A DNA stretch of 64,000 bases from positions 69,427-133,426 of the IMG/VR virus record IMGVR_UViG_3300044730_001822. One strand, given 5' to 3'. Of the stretch, positions 18,812 to 33,800 are shown one piece after another. This DNA is from a virus. The first letter of the stretch is position 1, and each line of letters opens with the position of its first letter. Below the pieces are notes generated by a model. The model saw only the letters and a list, made by a program, of their open reading frames with translations. It made no database searches and was not told where the DNA came from. Both the position numbers and the translations under genes were made by a program.

Positions 18812-21800
18812 ATGATACGCACCGTAGATTTTTTACCTGAAATATTCCGCACACCTACCAACCGGCAGGTGTTACACGCCACGCTGGATCAATTGGTACA
18901 GGAGCCGGCCTATCAACGATCGCAGGGATTTATTGGACGCCGTTATGGCCCAGGAGTCACTGTAGAGGATCGTTATTTGACCGAGCCCGACAAAACACGC
19001 AGGGACTATCAGTTAGAAACAGCCACAGTATTTTTAGAAGAAGGCAATCGTCGCGCTGTTGATGCATTGACCTATCCAGGTTATTTGGATGCCTTGAAAA
19101 GGCTCAACGGTCCAATCACACGGCCCGATGAATTATTCCAGCAAGAATATTACGCTGTAGATTTTTTTGTAGACTATGATAAATTTGTAAATTTCAGCCA
19201 ATATTATTGGTTGGCCCAGGGTCCCGAAGCAGTGACCTTGACCGCGCCAGGCGCCAATCAAGCATTTGATGTCGAACGCTATATCGTGGGTCAACAGACC
19301 TATACCACTGATCAGGTGAGATTGCTCAGTCCAGTGACCTGGAACAAGCCTGTGACATTCAGCAATGGCATGCGCATACGCTTTGTAGGCAATATCAAAC
19401 CCTTGGCCTATCGTGGACAGGAATTTTACGTAGAAGGCGTGGGCACTGCCGATGGAATAAAACTACTGCCAGTCAGTAATTTTGTCATTCCCGAACTGTA
19501 CAATTATCCAGTGTATATCAAGCGCGAGCCTGTGCCCTGGGACATTTATCCCTGGGACATGACGGCCTGGGATGGCAGCCAGATCATTCCTGGCACTGAC
19601 ATCGACTATATCACTATCAATCGCGCCAGCGAAGATCTAAATCCCTGGACACGCAGCAATCGCTGGTTCCATATTGATGTATTGAATTATTCAGCAGAAA
19701 TCAACGGGCAAACTCTGGTGCTGGATGACACTTTCCGTGGCAAGCGCCCTATCTTGGAATTCAGGCCTGGCATCAAACTCATCAACTTTGGTACCAAGGG
19801 CCTACAGCCCATCAGCCTGATTGACTATACCATAACCAATGCCTTTACCCAAGTGGCCGGCCAGACCAGCTGTACCATCGACGGCATTGAGTTGTTTGCT
19901 GGCATGAAAGTTATTTTTGCTGGCGATCAAAATCCTCTAGTGGCACGTCAGGTCTATCTGGTAGAACAGATCACACCTGTGTTGGGCGAAGACAGCCTGC
20001 TGTATCTACAGCCCATAGAAGGGCAAGTGGCCGAAGAAGGGTCAGTCACTGTTTGTACTCTGGGACTGACGCAACAGGGTTTTAGTTTTTACTACAGCAA
20101 CGGCCAGTGGAGCACTGCGGCTGAATGCCAACAAAAGCACCGCATCAATCAAGCACCGTTGTACGACGTGTTTGATACCAATGGTGTCAGTTTCAGTGAC
20201 ACCATGGTCTATCCTGAATCCACTTTTAGGGGCAGTCCTTTGTTCCAATATGCCGTGGGTGCAGGTGTATATGACGCTGTGTTGAAATTTCCTTTGCAGT
20301 ATGCATCAGTGGGCAACATTGGTGATATACTGTTTTGGTTTAATCTTTATCGTGATTCATTTACCTATCTCAATGGACTGGTCACTGACACAGTGGGCCT
20401 GCGCACAGGATATGTGCATCAGTATGTGGCGAGAACAACATATAGACGTTTGATAGGTTATCAGACAGCCAGCTTTACACCCAACACTGCGGATACCGCA
20501 GTGGTCAGCCAGCAGCCGCAGATATTTGAATTTGACTATACTTCGGGTGCTGTTATCCTAGATGTGGCTGTTTGGCAGCAGGATCAGTATCCTGACATCA
20601 CCAACATAGTCAAGGTCTCCGTCAACGACGAACTTCAGGATACCGATACCTATACCTATCGCATACTAGACGCTTTTAATCTTGAAGTCTATCCCGTGCC
20701 CGAATCCGGAGCTGGTGTAGGCGTGCAAACTGAAATCATCTTTGATGTAGATCCTGCACCTACCAGTTTGGTGGTAGCGGCTGTGCTCAGCGATCAGACC
20801 AGCAAAACTGCTTATTTTGCAGTGCCTACCAACCTCAGCGTCAACGCATTGAATCAGGATCTAACACAAGTTACACTGGGATCACTGCGCGATCATTTTG
20901 TTTCTATTTGCCAAAACATACAGGGATTTACCGGCAAGATTTTGGCTGCCAACAACAGTCGTGACCTGGGCAATCTCATTCCCTATGGCACCAATCTAAT
21001 ACAAAATTCAGCAGCACTGGCTATACCTGCTGTGTTTCTAAGAGAACAAAGCTATTCAATTTCTTCAGCACTGGATTTCAGCAGCGCCGAATATCAGAGA
21101 TACAAAGATCTCATGCTGGATTTTATTTGGAAAAATGAATTCCTCGAAGAGACCACTGCCGAGATCTTGGACTCGGCCATCGACGCATTGAAATCCAATC
21201 GCAACAGCAGCAATCCGTTTTACTGGAGTGATATCATCACAGCTGGTATCTTTGAAAGCACAACATACAATTGGTTTGAAGGCGCCAGCAGGACCTTTGA
21301 TCTGATCTATAACTATGATTTCAGCACAGCCAATTATCAAGGACTCAATGTTTATGTCAATGATGTGATATTGTGTAGAAACAGGGATTATGTTGTTGAC
21401 ACCCAAGTCAATACTGTGGTCATTGAACAAGATCTCTTGGCCGACGGTGATATTGTAGTCATACGCGAATACCAGCAGACCTATGGTAATTTTGTTCCAG
21501 CCACGCCCAGCAGTCTTAGACTGTATCCTGCTTATTTTCCTGAGATATATGTAGACAATACCTATGCCACGCCCACCACTGTGATACGTGGACACGATGG
21601 CTCAATCACTCCGGCCTTTGGCGACTACAGGGATCAGGTTCTGCTTGAATTTGAAACACGCATCTACAGCAACATCAGGGGCGCAGCAGAGTATCCTTTG
21701 GATTATACAGAGTTCCTGCCAGGCGCCTTCCGTGGTGTCACACAAGACAACATCAACAGCCAGACCATAATCAACAATGAATTTGTGCGCTGGCTGGGTG

Positions 21801-24800
21801 CCAATCGCGTGGACTATAAACAACAGGATTACCAGGCCAATAATCAATATACCTGGAACTACAGCCAAAGTGGTGCTAGCCTGACCTATCCCAGTGGCCA
21901 AGATGCCGGCGGCGATATTCCCATGCCGGGCTATTGGCGCCAGGTCTATTGGTATTTTTATGACACCGACGAGCCACAGAACTATCCCTGGCAAATGCTG
22001 GGCTTTAGCAACCGGCCTGTATGGTGGGAAGAACAGTATGGTCCTGCCCCTTATACCTCGGGCAATCAATACATGTGGGAAGACATACAGGAAGGTCGTA
22101 TACGCGAGCCCGGCAATGAACGAGTAGACACAGTATATGCTAGACCGGGACTGTTACAGGTGCTGCCTGTGGATGCCCAAGGACAACTGCTGTCACCGTT
22201 TGAATGTTTGGTAGCCGGCTTTAATCCTGCTACCTGGCAGGCCAATTGGAGCATTGGGGGAGGCTCGCCGGCCGAAACTGCTTGGCGCAAATCATCGGCC
22301 TGGCCCTTTGCCATGCAGAAATTACTGCTGTTGTTGCGTCCAGCACAGTATCTAAATTATTACATTGATCGTGATAGATATCAATACAACGCGGAATTCA
22401 AACAATGGCTGTATCAACAGCGCAACAGATTGACAGCACAGGATCTGCAGATCTACGGCACAGGCACAGCCGTCAACAGTTATGTCAATTTCATTGTTGA
22501 CTACAACAAGAGTTATGGATTGCCTGGCACAGAAAATCTCACTGCCAGACTAGATAATCTAGATGTGCGCTTGGCCTATCGCGTGGCTGGGTTCACAGAC
22601 AAACGATATCTGCAGTTACTCAGTGATCGCAGCGGTCCCAACAGCAGCAATCTCAGTATATTGATACCCGATGAGAACTACAACATACTGCTGTATCGCA
22701 ATGAAATCTTTGACAGCATCAACTACTCGGCAGTGACCATTGAACGCACCGATTCGGGCTGGGCTGTCTACGGCAACAGTTTAAGCAATCCATATTTCCA
22801 AATCTTGCCCAGTATCATCAACAACAACTATACCACGGTCAGGATCGGCAACACTACCATACGTATACAAAAAGATTTTAGTGATACAGTTACCTTGATA
22901 CCATATGGATATATCTTCCGCAGCGTCAACGCCGTGGTAGACTTTTTGATTTCCTATGGTCAATTTTTAAGTCTTTCGGGCTTGTCATACAATACTCTGG
23001 AAAATACCGTGCTGTTGACCTGGGAGCAGATGGCACAGGAGTATGTCTACTGGTACAATCAAGGTTGGTCAGTGGGCGCAATGATACAGCTCAATCCCAG
23101 CAGCACCCGTTTGGAATTTTACAGACAGAATGCAGTGGTCGTAAATCTCTTGGAAGCCAATCGTGAAGATATACTGGTCAATCAAAACAAGCAGGCACTG
23201 CAGATCCGAGACTACAGCGTCTACAGAGATGGCAATCTCTTTGAGCTGACATCACTGAACGAAAATACCATTGGTTATGTTAACTTGAAACTGACCAATT
23301 ACGAAAACATCATCATACTTGACAACGTAACAGATTTTGGTGACGTGATCTATGAACCCCTGACTGGACTGCGCCAGGGCCGATTGATATACCAAGGCAT
23401 TAAATCTGCTGGCTGGAATGGTACCATGGATGCGCCAGGTTTTATCATCAATTTGTCATCGGTAGCAGAGTGGGATACGGGCCTGAAATATGCCAAAGGC
23501 CAAGTGGTAAAATTCAAGAACTTTTATTATCAGGCCAATACTACAGTTGACCCGTCAGATACATTTGACTACAACCTTTGGACCAAGATAATTTACCGTC
23601 CTGATCAGGAAGGTATGCTGCCAAATCTAGCGCTCAAGGCTGTACAAAGTACCGAGTATTACAATCAGCACAGCAACAACCTCAACGTAGATTCTGAAGT
23701 ACTGGGATTTGGCATCACTGGATTTAGGCCCAGAGAGTATATGGCCAGTATCGAACTGGATGAAGTCAGCCAGATGAATGCCTATCAAGACTTTATCGGC
23801 GTCAAAGGCACACCACGCAGTCTTTATTTCTATGATCAGGCCAAAGTAGCCGGTGATGATCTGTCCTATGATATCTATGAAAACTGGGCTATACAGCGTG
23901 CCACCTATGGTGCCACCGCTACCAATGCCTTTGTTGACTTTACACTGGATGCCACGGCACTGACCAGCAATCCCAGCACTAGCCAATTTGTTGTAGCAGG
24001 CGAGACCACAGAAGCCGATCAGGCCACGCTCATAACAGATCTTTATGCCACCAGCTATCCTATCAAGACCACAGAGATATTGCCGCTGTTGACACAAGAA
24101 AATCCTGATGTATTCTTGCCCACTGCTGGTTATGTTGAAAGCCAAGATGTAGAAGTGCAGATATTCAGCATTGAAGATCTCAACAGTGTGACTGCGCAAC
24201 TGGACAAAATTACTAATCTAGCAGAGATATGGGTAGCCAAGGTCAATCAAAGCGAGTGGGCAGTGTACAAATGCCAGAATCTACAATCCACCCTGGTACT
24301 GGCCCAAGATAACTTGGATGGTCAGACCTTACTGGTATTTGATCTTGATCACGGTTTGGTCAATGATCAGATCATAATCATCAAAGAATTCAACGAGGCA
24401 TTGCAAGGAGCATTCCGCGTGGTCAGTGTGACATCCACTACATCGGTATTGATTGCAGAATCTCTGCCCGATGATGTTACTACACTGATAGGCTCTGGCA
24501 TAGTATTTCAACTGGAAAATGTACGTGTGGCACAGCCCAGTGACATAGCAGACATGAACATATTGTATCAGTTGGTGTCTACCAACAAGGTATGGGTAGA
24601 CGACAACGGCCAGGGCCGCTGGGAAACATTGGAAAAACAAAATCCCTATACCGAACAAGCCGCTTATGAATATTCGGGCACAGTTAATTTTGGATCATCG
24701 GTGATACAGACCGCAGACAGCGGCAATCTATTGATCGGAGCACCGGGCAGTTATTCGTCGGGCGCAGTGATACCATATACCCATGTGGCCAACACTTACG

Positions 24801-27800
24801 TGGCTGGTTCTCCCCTGACCATACCTTCGCTGTGGACAGGTTACGGTGACTTTGGCCGTGTGGGAGATTCTTCTGGCAATGATTGGGCAGCTTTTTCAGT
24901 AGGCCTATATACGCTACCGGGAATTTTCACAGACTACCGTGTGGTAGCAATGAAGAAAAACAATCAAGGATTCCAGCCACGACAACTGCTGTCGGGCGGC
25001 AGCAGTGGTACCGCAGGTGCGTTTGTAGGCCAGATCAAGTTCAGCGAAGACTATAATTGGTTGTATGTCAGTAACCCATCTGAAAGACTGGTTCGGGTAT
25101 ATCAAAGGAATCCCTGGCAAGAGCAGACAGCAGAATTTCTCTGTACTGGCCGCAGGGCATTGTTTGAATTCAGCGACAGTGTTCGGGTCACTGATGGTTC
25201 TCAAATCAGCGTAAGATTAAATCTCGACAATGATAATTTGCTGGCATATAATCAAGAGTACACTGCTACGACCACTACGGTACGTCTTAGAGTCCCACCA
25301 CCGCCACCATTTACAGTCACCACTGACATCACCATTGCCACATCCGAATTTACTGTACAATCTACTGCTAATCTAGGCATTGGACAGTTGGTCAGTGGCA
25401 TAGGTGTGCCTGGTAACACTAAAATTATTGCTGTAGATGACGCCACCAATGTAGTCACGGTCAGCCAACTGTTTACAGCCACAGCCCAAGATATCAATTT
25501 AACCATAACCAACATAATCTATATAGGTCGCTGGACCACTGATCCTGAACCTGGTTATTGGGGTTCGGCACGTAATCCTTTGATACCCAATGGCGGCCTT
25601 AGAACCTTCCCCATTGATATGCTGGCCGGTGCCACATCGGATCCGGGTTCGGTAGGAGTATACTACAACGGACAATTGTTACGTCCCAATAATTTTCCCG
25701 AGATTGATGGCGACTATACCTACGATTTCCCCAATCGGCAAGTGATATTCAATTTTACACCACCGGCTGCCGGTGCGCAGGCAGTGACTTATCAGTCAAG
25801 CGAATACTATTCTGAACTGGCCACAGTCAATGATCCTGACAGTTATAATTTTACCTTTGGATCTAGTTGTGCTACCAATCAAGACGGATCGTTGTTAGCA
25901 GTAGGCGATGCCGATACCAATACCAGTACCGTGGTTAATGATCACGACGGTTTGGTTTATGTCTATGATCGGGGTATCGTGCGGCACATGGTATCTAATG
26001 TGGCACAGAGCTTGTATTCTACGCCAGCCAATATCATTGGACAACCGCAGGTCTGGCTCAACGGCCAGATGCTGTATGAAGACACTGACGTAACATTTGG
26101 CAGTTTTGTATATGAGCCTGCGGGCAATGTCAGCGATCCTGTGTACACAGGTCCGGCCAACATCAGCATCAACACCGGCGTGGCTGGCAACATAGGCGAC
26201 ATACTGGATATTTCCTACAACAATTTTAAAATCACTCAAGCGGTAAGCAATCCGCAGGCCAATGTTGGTAACAGTGAGTTCGGCGCAGCAGTAAGTTTAA
26301 ATGGTTATGGATCTGCCTTGATAGTAGGCGCTCCTAATGGCAATACCATATCAATCAATACTGGATTCGCCGCCCGCATTGAAAATCAAGCAGCTGTCTA
26401 TGGATCCATCACTGGCACTACAATCAATCCCACTGTGTCTAGAAATTCCGATCTGCGTATCAATGACTATTATGTAAAATTTGCGCAGGCAGATGTATCT
26501 AATGTGTCTTTATCTACCAACTGTACTATCACCACTGCTGCTGCGCACGGGTATTACACTGGAGAAATAGTTAAACTAGGCAACATCAATGGCGGCGTGC
26601 TATATCTCAACACAGTAGAAAGCGGCCGCGGATACTTTGCCAAAGTGACTGGTCCTACCACATTCAATATCTTTGATTACGGCAATGTATCTAATGTTTC
26701 GTTAGGCACAGTGATAACGGTGACCAGTAACGTGGCCAATTACATAGGCTATGGGCAATCTTTTGGATCAGTGTTTAGCAACGTGGAAATATCGGGCGTA
26801 CAAGGTATAGCCAATCTCAACAGCACTGCTGCCAATCCTTACTGGATGGCTCGTCGGGCCAATGGAAACAGTGCCACACAGTTTGAAGTGCTTCGTGGCG
26901 TGGGCATCAGCAGTATTATCAGCGGCACCGATGACGATGGAGCCACGGCAGTGACCATAGTCAACACATTTACCAATCCACAGTTGCAGCGAGGTGCTCG
27001 CGTGGCCATACAAAGTCCTACCACTGGATTGAATAATTTAGTGTTCTATGCCGGTGAAGTAGACAACATTGGCCGTAACTTTGTTTTGTATCAAAATCCA
27101 GAGCTAACATCTCCTGTGGTGCCCACAGGCAATACAACAAATCTCAATGGTACATTGGGAGTCTACATCGACGGCACCGGCTGGGGCAACTATGCCAGCG
27201 GCGGCCAGGTCCTGCGATATTTCAACACCACAGGATCTTTACCAGCATACAATGCCAATGTCAGCCAAGGTTGGGCATTTGATGACAGCCTCAACGGCGT
27301 GGTCAATGTCATCAACAGCAAGAATATACCTAATTTACAAGCAGCCAATGCCGCAGGAAAGTTACAATTATCTATTATAGATCTAGCAGCCGGTGTGCCT
27401 AATAATCTATTGACCTTGGCGCCAGGCACTGAAAACAACAATAGAATTGGCTATAACAGCAGTGCATTGAAGTCTCTGGGAATTTTACCTTACTATACTG
27501 GCGGCGCACAGATATTTGGCGGCAGCTACCCAACCCTGGGTGCTAGGTTTGGATATCGCATAGATCAAGACTGGACCACTGATCAAGTAGTTATCAGCAG
27601 TGAATTTGGTACCACGGCCGCTGGCACTACCTTTGACAAAGACACCACAACATTTGACAGTCGCACCACTAGATTTGAAGACCTCTATCTCAAGTCTGGG
27701 TCAGTTGATGTCTATGATTTGTTACCCAGCGCCAACCCAACACCGGATAACCCCAGTAAGTTGGTATGGGATCGACAGTTACAAGATTATCTGGTACGGT

Positions 27801-30800
27801 CCGGCCAAGAGTTTGGACACAGTGTCAGCATAGCAGGAAACAATATCATCATAGGCTCGCCTATGTATACGGTCAATGATGTAGCACAGGGCCGCGCACT
27901 GATATTCTCAGGACTGCGTACCGGTTGGAAAACCATACGTCTGGAACCAAATCAGGTTGATGTACATCTATTGAATGAAGTGACCATTTACAACAAAGAA
28001 TCTAAAGTTACTATCAACTATCTAGATTTCATCGATCCCATACAAGGTCGTATCCTGGGTGCAGCTCAGCAGAACATTGATCTTATATCACCTACAGATC
28101 CAGCAGGATACAACAATGGCGATGTCAACAACATTGGCGTCAATTGGGGAGAAGTACAACTGGGATATATCTGGTGGGATACCACTAACATTAGATTCTT
28201 GGAATATCATACGCAAGATATCAACTTATCGGCGAGAATCTGGGGAGGAGTCTTTCCAGGCAGTTCCGCTGATGTTTATCAGTGGATCGAAAGTTTAGTA
28301 CCGCCGGCAGAGTATACTGGGCCCGGCGTGGCCAGAGATATCACCAGCTATTCCTCCTATGATGTAATCACAGATACCAATAGTATTATAACCAAGTACT
28401 ATTTCTGGGTATCGGATTTGACCAGCGTACTGCCCTATTCCAACAAAACGCTGAGCCTACAATCTATACAACAGTACATTCTTAACCCGCGCAGTTCTGG
28501 AATAAGTTATATTGCCGCTATCAATCCCAGCACTGTGGCCATATACAACAGCAATTCGGATTTTGTAGCCCAAGAGAATGTCCTGCATATTTCCTACGAT
28601 ATCGTACCACAGGACAACAACATACACGTAGAGTATGACCTCATACAGCAGGACAATCCCAGGCAGTTCATGGATGATGCTACCTATGAAAAATTTGTAG
28701 ATTCCTTTGCAGGTATTGACGCTATTGGAAATCCCGTTCCCGATCCAAATCTTCCACCGGGACTGCTGTATGGCATCAGTTTTGATCCTCGCCAGAGTAT
28801 GTTCCGCGATAGATTCTTGGCTCTAAAAAATTACATATCTCGTGTGAACGAAATATTGATGACTTTTACTTTTTCTGAAGAGTCTTCCATGGACTTTTTA
28901 AACAGCCAAGAAGAACCTCCAGCAGCCGGAGAACTAGAAAGTCCCGGCCAGTTATGGTGGAATTTCCAAGTGGCTAATCTGACAGAATTGGGATATCAAG
29001 ACCTCGATTCAGTGCCGCTGGGCTATAGATACCTCGTGACACAAGACAGCAGATATAACAATTTCTGGACCATTCATCAGGTCACTGGTGCAGTAGGTTC
29101 GCGTACTACTGTAGTCATACGTGTGCAAACTTACAAGACATCTCAATATTGGAGTTATGTCAACTGGTATGCAGAAGGATTCGATCCTTTGCAACGACCT
29201 TTGTTTGTTGTAGAAACACTGGCACAGGCGCAAGAGTTGTTATTGCCCGATAATGGCGTGGTACAAGTGACCATGGATAATCCTTTGGGATTTGAATTAT
29301 ATCAAAATCGTGTGATAGACAGTTATAGGGACACTACCACATTAGAGTGGGTAACCGTTACAGAATTTACCAGAGTAGGATTAGAAAACGGTACTGTGCA
29401 AATCAGCGATTTGATCTATGATTATTCTAAATTGATCAACCCTGATCAGCCGCCACAGATTGAAACACGCCAGATCATCAACAGCATCAACTTTGAAATC
29501 TTGGTTGATTCTAGATTGATACTGCGCAATCAAGCCATGGGCCTGATGTTTAATTTTATTCTTGGCGAACAGATTGACTGTAATTGGCTATACAAAACAT
29601 CCTTGATTGACATCACTCATCCAGTGAGAAAACTGTTGCCATACAGAACCTTCAAACGAGACAATCAAGATTTTGTCTACGGATACATTGAAGAAGTAAA
29701 ACCTTACCACGTGTTTATCAAAGATTTTAGTTTGGTTTATACTGCTGGACCTGATCTTTACCCTGGAGATATCACTGATTTTGATGTGCCCGCAACCTTT
29801 AATGCCCAGTATGATCGTTATATCAGTCCCATACTTGAAAACGACGTTGACTATCCCAACTATGACAAGTACGGTATCTATGGTGTTGGTCCTTATGCAC
29901 AATTCAAAGGCTACATTGGTCCAACCAGCAATTCAGGAAACACTGTACTGACAGTTACAGAATTGCTCAAAGGTCAGATATATGTGGGCGCCACAGTTAC
30001 TGGCGGCATTGTACAAGCATCAGGTTCTACTATATTAGCTTACCTAGGACAGAATCAAGAAGGACAGAATCAGTACAAGATCAGTGGTTACTATACCTAT
30101 GAGTCAGATACCGGTACCATGGAAATAAATGGTATATGGTCCACTATTCCTTATCGCAATTGGTACAACAACTATGGATTAAGAGTCATTGATATCATGG
30201 TTACCAATCCTGGCAGCGGATATGCAGTGGCTCCTACGGTTACAGTCAATGGCGTGACTTCAGATCCAGTCAAGGCTCGTGCTATATTAAACAGCAACAG
30301 CGGAATCAATAATATCCTGATAGAATACAGCGGCGGAAGATATCTAACACAGCCAACCGTGACTCTTTCCGCTCCCGATAGCGAAGACGGTGTACAGGCC
30401 ACTGCTTATCCTGTGACCGATGCACAGCCTGTAAGGAATTTTGAAACCACACTGGTTTATAATCGTATGAATCTGCGTCCCACGTTTACAGAATGGATAG
30501 CAGGCTTTACCTACTTCCAAGGAGACTTGGTAAAATTTAACAATGCAGTCTACGCCAGCAATTTTGATTACAACCAAAATTCACAGTTTGATTTTACCAA
30601 TTGGACTTTGGTTCCACCTGGAGAGTTAGAAGGTGTTGATCGCACCTATGGGTACTATCAAGGCAACAGTGAACTGCCTGGATTGGATCTAGATCAGTTG
30701 ATTTCGGGTCTGACCTATCCTGGAGTGGTCACGGGCCGCAGATATCTGGGATCGTGGGATACCAGCCCTTGGAGCCTTGATCCTTTTGAATCAGACAACT

Positions 30801-33800
30801 CTAGAGTACAGACTATCATAGCCGGTGGCACTTATCCTGACAGGTCATTGCCGGGAGACTACGCAGGCATACCTCCGCTGGAGGCCTGGGATGTCAATGT
30901 CTACGGTGGTGCTTATGTAGATGCTTACAGCAGTCACGCTCCCGAAGAACTGGTACCTGGCGCAGTATTTGATACTCTTGACTTTACTGTTCGCACAGTG
31001 CCCGGACAAGATAACATTGGACTAGGCTGGACCAGTCCTTTGCAGGGCCGCATCTATCAAGGCGATGCCCAGCAAGATACATTTAGTTTCCAATCGCTGA
31101 TTAAATTCCCCGAGCAGGTCATAGTTTTCCGTAAAAATTCCAACGATACCAAAGTTAGACTAGAAGAAACAGTTGATTATACAGTCAATTGGCCAGATCT
31201 CACAGTGACTATTAACACTGTGCCTGCAGCTGATGAGAAAATAGCAGTTATTGCTGTGGGCCTCGGCGGCGGCAATCAACTGCTGCGTTACAGTGAAATT
31301 ACCGATGCCGGTATAGCAGCCGATGGCACTATTGATGTACCCGTGCAGTACGATGCTGTTTACTCTTTACCAGTATTTGTTGATGGTAATGCTTTGATAC
31401 TCAACACAGACTACAGCATCACTGAATATCAGCCAGTTGCAGAACCCGATGCCAATGATATAACCATAACCCGAATTACTTTTGCCAATGCCGTGGCAGC
31501 AGGTTCTCGCATTGACTACACAGTGCTGGGCGAAGGCACTGGTTCCGAGACCTATGATTACAGCCTACCCACTACTGCAGAAATAACATTATCTGGCACC
31601 ACAGGCAATATTTCTTCTATAGATTTTTCGGGAACGAATCCCATCGCAGCCATAGTAGAAGTCAACGGCCTGCGGCTGCGTGGCCCTCACTGTGTAACAT
31701 ACACAGGCGACGGTGAGACTTTGACTTTTGCTGCCGGTTGGCAAAAAGATGTGCCCGTAGAATCTATCGTAGCCAGTGACGTAGTGGTCTATGTCAATGA
31801 TCAAGAAACCGAATTCTGGGACGGACAGTTTGTTGCACAACATGATGCATATGAAATTACATTCAATACCTTTACACCCGAGTTGGGAGCCAGGATCGTC
31901 ATTGCTGTATGGACTGCATCTGAGTATGTGTTTGATTTTGATGCTGAAACTATCACAGTAGATGCCAGTTATTCAGGCAGTGATGTTTATATCACTACTT
32001 GGCAAGAAACAGCGCAGCAGAATTTCTTAAACACAGTAACAGTGGGTCAATCTATCATACCAGTGGCCATAGATACATCCATCAATACCAGAGCAAGTTG
32101 GTCTAATGGTAGTTCTGTCATGACAGTGGGATTCCAGACCACGGGATTTTGGAATCGTGATGGCATAGGTTTTGATTATCCTGCCTATGGGTCGGGTGTC
32201 ACGCAAGGCGATACCAACCCCAATGGCGCACCCAATCCAGCCAATACTGCGGTATTATCACAGATGCTGGGATACGGCAATACCATAATAGTGTTGGATG
32301 TGTCGGGTATCAACGTAGGCGACATTGTGGAAGGCTCGGGCATAACCGAAGATGTTGCAGTGACACAGATATTGGGTTTCAAGAATAGATACCTCCAGGA
32401 TAATTGGGCGGTATCAGTCAATGCTAATTTACTGGCCAATGGTTTGGTATGGAACAGGCAGTACTCTAATAGCACAACCCCGTATCTACAAAGCACGCTC
32501 TACGGCATCAGTACCGGACCTTACATCACTTTGGTAGACAGCGACAACAATGTTTTGTACAGCAACAATGCCATAGATTGGAATTATACCAATCTCATAC
32601 CCGAATCGCAATTGCGCGGCGTGGCCAACGGAAACATAGGCAGCATCAATTATTACATAGCAGTAGGGCAGGATAGTTCTGTGTTAGTCAGCACCGACGG
32701 CATAGACTGGGCACCACAAAATTCAATACTGCCTTATAGTAATATTGACTTTAGTTCTATAACATATGGCAATGGTAAGTTTGTGGCAGTGGGTGATCAA
32801 GGAAACATCTTTGTGACATCGGATGCTGTGAACTGGTCACAGGCCAATAGTGGAACCATTGAAGATTTATCGTCGGTGACCTATCACGGAAACGTATTTG
32901 CAGCCACTGGCAGTAATGCTATGATTTTAATCAGCGACGACGCAGTGACTTGGACCAGACGTTGGTTGAACTATGTATCAAATATTGCTGTAATAGACAG
33001 CGGATGGGGATACACACAAGTACCAAATGTAACCATTGCCAATGCAGTGGCCAACTTAGGTATCACTGCCACTGCATTTGCAGCCATTGAAGGCGGTGTG
33101 GGCAATATATCAGTAATCAACGGCAGCGCAGGATTTAGTCGCGCACCTAATGTAGTGATATCTCAAAATAATGTCGCCAGCTTTACAGGCAATGTTGGCA
33201 CAGGTGCTCAGGCTGTTGCGGTATTAGGCACTACTGGACCTGTGGGATATGTTGCATTGGTTGTGCCAGGTCAGGGATATAATTATCCTCCTACAATATC
33301 ATTTGTAGGCGGCAACGGCATAGGCGCCACAGCCAGTTCAAATGTTGCCAATGGAAAAATCACAGATATCACTTTGATAACTGGTGGATCGGGATATACC
33401 GTTGGATCGGGCAACGTACAAGTTGTGATCACTCCCACCGGCGGAGATACTCCCACTGCCGTGGCCAATGCTATCGCCATGGCCACCAGTTCAGTTGCAT
33501 CTATCACAGTCACTGCCGCAGGCAACGGATATACATCCTATGATCTAATCACAGAATCTAATGTGGTTCCTTTGATATCGTTTGAATCTTATATGGTACA
33601 AGGCAGAAGCAGCCTTTACACACAAGGCAACATAGGACAAAACTTTATCAATGTAGAAAGCGTGGCCAATCTTGAAATTGGCAACGAGATCGAGTTCACA
33701 GACAGCAACGCCAATATGGTATACAGTGGCGTCATTACCAGCATTTACCCTGGAAATCTTGCTATTGGTGTTAACCCTGTATTGAGTAATATCATCACAG